Virus record (IMG/VR): IMGVR_UViG_3300018410_000011
Location: 1-55,797 of that record
Reading direction: 5' to 3' (one strand)
Source of the DNA: a virus
Lineage: Duplodnaviria; Caudoviricetes
Length of the DNA: 55,797 bases
The stretch's first letter is position 1, and every line of letters begins with the position of its first letter. A model generated the notes under the pieces. The model did no database searches and had not been told where the DNA came from. It saw only the letters and a program-made list of their open reading frames with translations. Below, piece after piece: positions 49,728 through 55,797 of this stretch. The translations under genes were made by a program, and so were the position numbers.

Positions 49728-49815
49728 TTATGAATTTTTTTTTTATATTTTTTATAACTTTATGTGAACGTATAAATTATTTTGTGTATATTTGTAAAAA
49801 TAAATAAATAAAAGT

Positions 49816-50337
49816 ATGAAAAATATCATTAAATATATTAAAAAGAAATTAAATTTAAATACTAAATTTTATGAAATGTTTAAATACAATGCATATCATG
49901 GAAATTTATCACCTAAATATGTTCTTTTAGAAAATGAAGATATTATTTCTAAATTTACTATTTATACTGATCATTTGTCAAATGTGATTAGAGAGAAAAA
50001 GAAAAAAGGTTTAATTCAATATAATCGTTTACAATATGATAATAGAACAGGATATTATATTGATGGACGAAAAATTGATACAAAAATTCATCCATTACAT
50101 GGAAAAACATTAGTAAATATACTTAATGATATTAAATATACTATTGATATTGTTTCACATAATAATTATTATGGTGAATATATTTCATTATTAGTACGAG
50201 CACATGGATCTAAATCACATAAAGAAGTGATTTGGCAAGATGTTTCATGTCACTATGAACCATTTTTACGAGAAATTGAAATCAATAATAACAAATATGA
50301 ATTAATTGATTTTATTAAAGAACCAGAAATTAAATAA
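49816..50337 (+). CDS. hypothetical protein
   Basis: 173-aa ORF; TATATTTG at 49787. Confidence 0.65.
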   Translation: MKNIIKYIKKKLNLNTKFYEMFKYNAYHGNLSPKYVLLENEDIISKFTIYTDHLSNVIREKKKKGLIQYNRLQYDNRTGYYIDGRKIDTKIHPLHGKTLVNILNDIKYTIDIVSHNNYYGEYISLLVRAHGSKSHKEVIWQDVSCHYEPFLREIEINNNKYELIDFIKEPEIK

Positions 50338-50340
50338 AAT

Positions 50341-51102
50341 ATGAAAAGATATTGTATAGGAGATATACACGGTGGATATTTACCATTATTAGAATTATTA
50401 AATACTATAAATTTTGATTATGAAAATGATCAATTGATTGCTTTGGGTGATGTTTGTGACGGTTGGTCACAAACACCTGAGGCAATTGAATTATTAATGA
50501 AAATTAAAAAATTGGTTTACATTAATGGTAATCATGATTTATGGACAGCACAACATTTATTAAATTCTAATAAATATGATATGGATAAGGATGCTTGGAT
50601 ATATAATGGTGGAAAATCTACAATACTAGCATATTCTAAACTTCCAGTAGAAACAGTAGAAAAACATTTAAACTTTCTTAAAAATGCTTTACCGTTTTAT
50701 ATAGATTCAGAAAATAATTTATATATTCATGCTGGATATGAAAATTATATTCCTGGTAAACAAGATTGGACATTAAATCCAATATATAAATCTATTGTAG
50801 AAGAATATTGTTGGAGTAGAAAATTTTGGTTAGATGCGTATAATGGTAGAAATGTTGCTAAACAATTTAATAAAGTATATATTGGTCATACACCAACATT
50901 AAATTTTCCTAAATCTAATTTAGAACATTTATTACCAATGACGAGAAAAAATGTAATTAATATGGACACTGGTGCATGTTATACTGGAAAATTATCTTTA
51001 ATAGATTTAGATACTAATAAAATATATCAATCTGAAAAAAGAGTAATGGAATACTATCCTACTGAAAAAGGTAGAAATAAAAAACCTTTTAATGAAAACT
51101 AA
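50341..51102 (+). CDS. calcineurin-like metallophosphoesterase (Ser/Thr phosphatase family)
   Basis: GDIHG, GDVCD, GNHD, HAG, GHTPT, DTGA. Confidence 0.9.
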   Translation: MKRYCIGDIHGGYLPLLELLNTINFDYENDQLIALGDVCDGWSQTPEAIELLMKIKKLVYINGNHDLWTAQHLLNSNKYDMDKDAWIYNGGKSTILAYSKLPVETVEKHLNFLKNALPFYIDSENNLYIHAGYENYIPGKQDWTLNPIYKSIVEEYCWSRKFWLDAYNGRNVAKQFNKVYIGHTPTLNFPKSNLEHLLPMTRKNVINMDTGACYTGKLSLIDLDTNKIYQSEKRVMEYYPTEKGRNKKPFNEN

Positions 51103-51499
51103 ATTATTTTCTTTATTTAAATATAATAAATTTGAATTTGGTAATCAAATTGTATCACAATTTATTATATTTGAATGTAAATATCTTTTTAGTATTATTT
51201 TATTTTATTTTCATAAATCAGATAAAGAACAAGATAGATACCATACACACGCATTCAATGCACATTCATTTAAAATATTTGGTAAATATACCGAATATGT
51301 ATTATATGATGAAAAAACATTAGAAAATAAATCATACATTAGAGAAAGTGTTTATAAGTATTTCCCTAAAGATTGTTATCATAAAATAGGTAATAGTACA
51401 GGTTGTTTAACCATTTTATTTTCAGGAAAATGGGATAAAACATGGAAAGAGTGTAATGATAAAGGTGAAATAAAAACATTAAATTGGAATAGAAAATAA
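51092..51499 (+). CDS. cupin-like protein
   Basis: YHTHAFN...G.Y.E...CYHKI. Confidence 0.6.
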   Translation: MKTKLFSLFKYNKFEFGNQIVSQFIIFECKYLFSIILFYFHKSDKEQDRYHTHAFNAHSFKIFGKYTEYVLYDEKTLENKSYIRESVYKYFPKDCYHKIGNSTGCLTILFSGKWDKTWKECNDKGEIKTLNWNRK

Positions 51500-51552
51500 T
51501 AATATTTTTATTATTAAAATATAAATTGTATAATTGTTAAAAAAAAAAAAAT

Positions 51553-52089
51553 ATGAAAAAAATGTCAGATGACTCTGTATTATTAGTAACATCATTATTA
51601 ATTCATACAAATGGGTCAACAACTTCTTTAGAAGTTAAAAATTTATTAAGAAGTCTTAATTATAAAGCAACACAATCAGATGTATCTGAAAAAATGAAAA
51701 ATATTGCTGATGTTATTAATGAACTTAGTTCAACCGATTCTGGTGAAGGTTATCTAATTTATAAATTTAACAAAGATGGTATGGTTGTTGAAGATGTAGA
51801 AGAAGAAGAAGATGATATAGTTGGTTCTAAAGAATTACCTCATTCTACAGAATATTCAAATTCATATACAAATGAAAATCATTTAGTTCATGATAAATTT
51901 ATAAATTCTTTAAATGTTGTTAGTAATGATGATATGAATTGGGTTGTAAATTCAACACATAGTGATACTGAATATTTAGTTTTTAACAAAAATTTATCAC
52001 GTGATAAAGTAAGATATTTATTTGCAAAAATTTATTCAATTAAAAAAGATGATGTACGTTCTAGACGTTATTTAAATTTTAATAAATAA
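51553..52089 (+). CDS. hypothetical protein
   Basis: 178-aa ORF; N-terminal TTSLEVKNLLR...Q.DVS may be wHTH-like. Confidence 0.65.
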   Translation: MKKMSDDSVLLVTSLLIHTNGSTTSLEVKNLLRSLNYKATQSDVSEKMKNIADVINELSSTDSGEGYLIYKFNKDGMVVEDVEEEEDDIVGSKELPHSTEYSNSYTNENHLVHDKFINSLNVVSNDDMNWVVNSTHSDTEYLVFNKNLSRDKVRYLFAKIYSIKKDDVRSRRYLNFNK

Positions 52090-52152
52090 TAATACATAAT
52101 AAAATAAACTTTATTAAATAACCTTTATATAAATTATATAAAGGTTTTTTTT

Positions 52153-52512
52153 ATGTATAATAAATTATTAAAAATAATAGAATATAAAGGTTATTTAATA
52201 ATATCTTATTTAGATATTAATTCTCCTAAAATATCATTGGTTGGTACTGGTACATTAATATCTGGTTTTAATTCAAATGATATTTTAATTTCAAATGAAG
52301 CTCTTAAATTATTAAAAAACAATTTAAAAATTAATAAACTTATTAATGATCCTGTATTAGAAATAATATCAAAAGATAGATTATGGGTGAATATGATTGG
52401 TAATATAATAATACCTCCTAATGAAATAATAAATACATATACAATACCATATCATACTATATGTGAAAATACTATAGATGAAAAAATAAAAATAGAATTA
52501 GATAAAATATGA
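52153..52512 (+). CDS. hypothetical protein
   Basis: 119-aa ORF; TAAAC-N18-TATAA at 52105. Confidence 0.6.
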   Translation: MYNKLLKIIEYKGYLIISYLDINSPKISLVGTGTLISGFNSNDILISNEALKLLKNNLKINKLINDPVLEIISKDRLWVNMIGNIIIPPNEIINTYTIPYHTICENTIDEKIKIELDKI

Positions 52513-52745
52513 CAAATCCATTATTAGACTTAAGCATAATATTATTATACATAATAATAATTTTTAAAAATGAAATTATTTATCATATAATAAATAGTAC
52601 ATCATATATGTTTTATATTTTAGGTAATATATTTAACAATTTGACAAATGTATATTACTTAAATAATATATCAATTACATTTACATATTTAAGTGTAATA
52701 TCATATTATATACAATATTCTTTATTAACTATTTTAAATATATAA
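52509..52745 (+). CDS. hypothetical hydrophobic protein
   Basis: 78-aa ORF with ATGA overlap. Confidence 0.4.
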   Translation: MTNPLLDLSIILLYIIIIFKNEIIYHIINSTSYMFYILGNIFNNLTNVYYLNNISITFTYLSVISYYIQYSLLTILNI

Positions 52746-52748
52746 AAT

Positions 52749-53648
52749 ATGATATATAGACATAAATTATTATATAATTCAAATAGAGAATTATGTTTTC
52801 TAAGAAAACCAAAATATAATATAACAAAAAAGATTAATGAAGATTCTAGTTTTGTTCCTAGGTTTACTATAAAGAATGAAGAAATATTTTCTAATTTTCC
52901 TACTAACACACCAATGAAACTATCACAGGAGTTGTTAGAAACCGCTATAACGCATGGTATGATACTTCAAATAGATTATAAAGGTGAAGAAGATGATAAT
53001 TTTTCAGGACATGAGAGAACCATTTATCCTATGGTTTATGGAAAAACTAAAGAAAATAAAGGAGTTTTAAGAGGTTATCATTTAAAAGGTTGGTCAGTAT
53101 CAAATGGTGGAAATATAGATAAAGAATGGAGAATGTTTAGAACTGATAGAATTTTAAATGTTGTATTTACAGGCTCATTTTTTAGATTAGCACCTAATGG
53201 ATATAATGAAAGTGGGGATAAAGGTATATCTAAAATTATATATCAAGCTGATTTTAATACTATAAGAAATAATCAATCTAAATTATTACAAAAAAATGAA
53301 ATAGATGAACAAGATAGAGTTATATTATCTAAAATTCATAATATTGAAACCAAAGATTTAAATTATAATTTAAAAATATTTAAACCTTGGGAAGGTAATG
53401 TAATACCAAAAAAAGATGCAAAAAATATTAGAATAACATTTGCTAAACCTATTGTAGGTACAGGACAATGGGTAGCTATAATAGGTACAAGTATTGTACC
53501 TGGTAATATATTTAAATTAAAAATAAATGATAAAATAGAAGGATCTTATAAATCTGTTAAGTATTTAATGGCAAATGAATTAGATTCATTAAATACTATA
53601 GAACAACAATCAGAATTTAAATCTTTATTATTTTTAAAAGGAAATTAA
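52749..53648 (+). CDS. WYL-like domain protein
   Basis: IDYKG...ERTIYP.VYG...LRGY...WRMFRTDRI. Confidence 0.6.
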   Translation: MIYRHKLLYNSNRELCFLRKPKYNITKKINEDSSFVPRFTIKNEEIFSNFPTNTPMKLSQELLETAITHGMILQIDYKGEEDDNFSGHERTIYPMVYGKTKENKGVLRGYHLKGWSVSNGGNIDKEWRMFRTDRILNVVFTGSFFRLAPNGYNESGDKGISKIIYQADFNTIRNNQSKLLQKNEIDEQDRVILSKIHNIETKDLNYNLKIFKPWEGNVIPKKDAKNIRITFAKPIVGTGQWVAIIGTSIVPGNIFKLKINDKIEGSYKSVKYLMANELDSLNTIEQQSEFKSLLFLKGN

Positions 53649-53657
53649 AAAAAAAAT

Positions 53658-53996
53658 ATGATATTTAATTATAATTTTTATAAAACACCAGAACATAGAT
53701 GGTATGCTGATATTCCAGAATGGACTGGAACAATAGATGATTTAGAAATGGTAAGTGGGGCCGATACAATGTTAGATATTTTATCACAAGGTGAAAATAA
53801 AATAAATATTTCATTTTCAGATAATCCGTTACATAATTCTATTAAATTATCTAAAATAAATGATACACCGGAAATAGGTGGAGCTGAATATTTATTTACA
53901 GAGTATTTAGGTATAGAATATAATATTAAAATTTGGTTATGTGATGTAACTAAATGGGTTTTTGATTATTTACCTGAAAAGATATGGATTATTTAA
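53658..53996 (+). CDS. conserved hypothetical protein (DUF6717-like)
   Basis: WYADIPEW.G...LEMVSGADTMLD...WLCDVT. Confidence 0.6.
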   Translation: MIFNYNFYKTPEHRWYADIPEWTGTIDDLEMVSGADTMLDILSQGENKINISFSDNPLHNSIKLSKINDTPEIGGAEYLFTEYLGIEYNIKIWLCDVTKWVFDYLPEKIWII

Positions 53997-54360
53997 ATAA
54001 AACTGATACGTTACTATTTCCTAAATTAATTTCTATTACACCTATATCTTGTATAGTTCCTTTCATTATATAAACACGTACATTATATTGATTAGGTGAT
54101 AATTCTGGAATATATAAAGATATTTGTTCTTCAATTTCTGCTTGAATAGAAGACGCAGGAAAACTTGTTTTCCATAAATATGTTGGAATATCAGCACCGA
54201 AATTTATATCACTTAAAACTTCACCTTTATTAGTAAAAAGAATCATATATAATTTAGAAATAATACCATCTAATTTAGTTATAGTTTCTATTTCTAATTC
54301 ATTATAATAAGGATCTTTTATACCTCTTATATAAATATCTTTATAATCTTCACTAGCCAT
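53989..54360 (-). CDS. baseplate wedge protein, gp25-like
   Basis: ILFTNKGEVLSDINFGADI..YLW....IEEQISLYIPE. Confidence 0.75.
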   Translation of the reverse strand: MASEDYKDIYIRGIKDPYYNELEIETITKLDGIISKLYMILFTNKGEVLSDINFGADIPTYLWKTSFPASSIQAEIEEQISLYIPELSPNQYNVRVYIMKGTIQDIGVIEINLGNSNVSVLFK

Positions 54361-54983
54361 TATACTGTTACTTTATATGTTTTATTTTTATTATAAAATT
54401 CTTTACTAAACATACATGTAATTAATTTAAATATAATTATATCTGAATTTTTTTTAGCTATTAAACCACCAACAACATTTAAATCATTACTAGTGTCATA
54501 AATCCAAACTGGATCTCCAGCATTTAAAGTATTATTAATTAATAAATCTACAATTTGTTCTGTAGCTTTTTCGACAGCGGATTTAATATCTGAATTTTTT
54601 ATAAATTCAGATGATCTACCTTGTCTTTCCATTGAATGATATGAATGTTTTAAATCTAATTCTATAGTTATTTCTTTAGTAATTTTACCTATATTAGAAA
54701 CAGCATCAAAATCATTTCTTTCTAAAATTTTACCATTAATTATATCTAAAATTTTTAAATCTTTCTTAACTCTTTTTATTTCATTTGGAACTTTAGAATA
54801 TTGTTTTTTAATTAAAAAAGTTAATTGTAATTGTTCATCTTTATCAAAATCAGATTCTATCCAATTCATATAAGCCCTTTTAACTTTAGTATCTATAGTT
54901 TTGAATTCTTTACTATCTACAACATATTTAGATATTTGTTGTTTATATGTATCTATTTTAAATTCATTAATCGTTGTTATCAT
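54360..54983 (-). CDS. MITTINEFK-leader protein
   Basis: Leader present; C-domain HSYHSMERQGR...LITCM. Confidence 0.7.
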   Translation of the reverse strand: MITTINEFKIDTYKQQISKYVVDSKEFKTIDTKVKRAYMNWIESDFDKDEQLQLTFLIKKQYSKVPNEIKRVKKDLKILDIINGKILERNDFDAVSNIGKITKEITIELDLKHSYHSMERQGRSSEFIKNSDIKSAVEKATEQIVDLLINNTLNAGDPVWIYDTSNDLNVVGGLIAKKNSDIIIFKLITCMFSKEFYNKNKTYKVTV

Positions 54984-55025
54984 ACTTTATATATTGTAAA
55001 TTTCTATCATACTTTATATATTGTA
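54978..55025 (-). repeat. 21-bp tandem duplication of the late-promoter/start cassette
   Basis: TATCATACTTTATATATTGTA at 54978..54998 and 55005..55025. Confidence 0.8.
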
Positions 55026-55796
55026 TATTTCTTTTATTTTTTCTTTTAATTCATCAGATAAATTATCGTTTTTTAATAATCTATTTATATTTAATTTATT
55101 TTTAAATTCTCTTATAACTTCTTCAGATAAGATTTGGTATAGTGAAATAAAATACCAATTTACTTTATCTTTAAATTCTCTTATAACTTCTTCAGATAAG
55201 ATTTGGTATAGTGAAATATAATACCAATTTATTTTATCTTGAAATTCTCTAATGAAAGATTCACTTAATTTTTGAGTATATGAAATATTAGACCAATTTA
55301 CTTTATCTTGAAATTCTATAATAAAAGATTCAGAAAGTTTTTGTTTAGATGAAATATAATCCCAATGTACTTTATGTTTAAATTCTCTAATGAAAGATTC
55401 TGAAAGTTTTTGATAAGATGAAATTCTAGTCCAATTTACTTTATCTTGAAATTCTCTAATAAACGATTCTGAAAGTTTTTGATATTCTGAAATATAAGAC
55501 CAATTTACTTTATCTTTAAATTCTCTAATTAAAGATTCTGAAAGTTTTTGGTAATATGAAATATTATACCAATAAACTTTATCTTGAAATTTTCTTATAA
55601 AATCTTCAGATAAAGAACCATATCTTGAAACAAAAGACCATTCATCGTGATTTAAATTATTGTAATTTATTGAATCAGGTTCAAATATAAATGTTAATTG
55701 AATTGGTATTTTATAATTAGGATATTTGTTTTGAATTAGTTTGAATATATTATAGATATAAGGTTTATTTTTTAATTCATCATCATCATCAAATAT
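55014..55796 (-). CDS. Trp-repeat (23-aa) protein, 5'-truncated by the window; absent from the ORF track
   Basis: Minus-strand frame is open from 55796 to TAA at 55016..55014; about eight repeats, e.g. VNWSYISEYQKLSESFIREFQDK. Confidence 0.85.
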   Translation of the reverse strand: MFDDDDELKNKPYIYNIFKLIQNKYPNYKIPIQLTFIFEPDSINYNNLNHDEWSFVSRYGSLSEDFIRKFQDKVYWYNISYYQKLSESLIREFKDKVNWSYISEYQKLSESFIREFQDKVNWTRISSYQKLSESFIREFKHKVHWDYISSKQKLSESFIIEFQDKVNWSNISYTQKLSESFIREFQDKINWYYISLYQILSEEVIREFKDKVNWYFISLYQILSEEVIREFKNKLNINRLLKNDNLSDELKEKIKEIYNI

Positions 55797-55797
55797 A

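Noticed and set aside
2-55796. Diversity-generating retroelement behind the Trp-repeat variability
   Set aside because: No reverse transcriptase or non-coding template repeat is visible in the window, and the variation is not confined to adenines.
1-55797. Stop-codon reassignment (code 15 or 4), as in some large phages
   Set aside because: Conserved genes are full length in code 11, TGA and TAG end genes at sensible positions, and the two broken genes are frameshifts rather than in-frame stops.
1-55797. Eukaryotic giant virus or entomopoxvirus origin, suggested by AT richness and Trp repeats
   Set aside because: The gp32-, gp21-, gp25- and gp17-like genes, operonic overlaps and intrinsic terminators indicate a tailed bacteriophage.

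Overview
Very AT-rich, gene-dense fragment of a large tailed dsDNA phage, probably a T4-like jumbo myovirus. It has gp32-like SSB, gp21-like prohead protease, gp25-like baseplate and gp17-like terminase-ATPase homologues, plus thyA, denV and dCMP deaminase. The host is probably Bacteroidota: there are many TATATTTG (TAnnTTTG) promoter boxes and no obvious Shine-Dalgarno sites. The standard genetic code fits. Main observations: (1) About 19 otherwise unrelated genes share an N-terminal leader, MIT(T/N/D)INEFK..(L/I)NE, and most lie behind a TAATATATA late-type promoter. This looks like a capsid-targeting signal for a library of packaged, injected effectors with ADP-ribosyltransferase-like, GNAT-like and SprT-like domains. 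(2) A four-gene cluster predicts sugar-modified cytosine: dCMP-type thymidylate-synthase paralogue, HAD fusion, arabinose-5-P-isomerase-like SIS protein and nucleotidyltransferase-kinase. It shares a palindromic divergent promoter with an FMN reductase. (3) A restriction-modification-like set is spread over separate nuclease, helicase and two complementary half-methyltransferase genes. (4) Four 23-aa Trp-repeat proteins have hypervariable residue pairs. (5) Three promoter classes can be read from the sequence. All functional calls come from motifs recognised by eye; no searches were run. No tRNA, rRNA or CRISPR array was seen.
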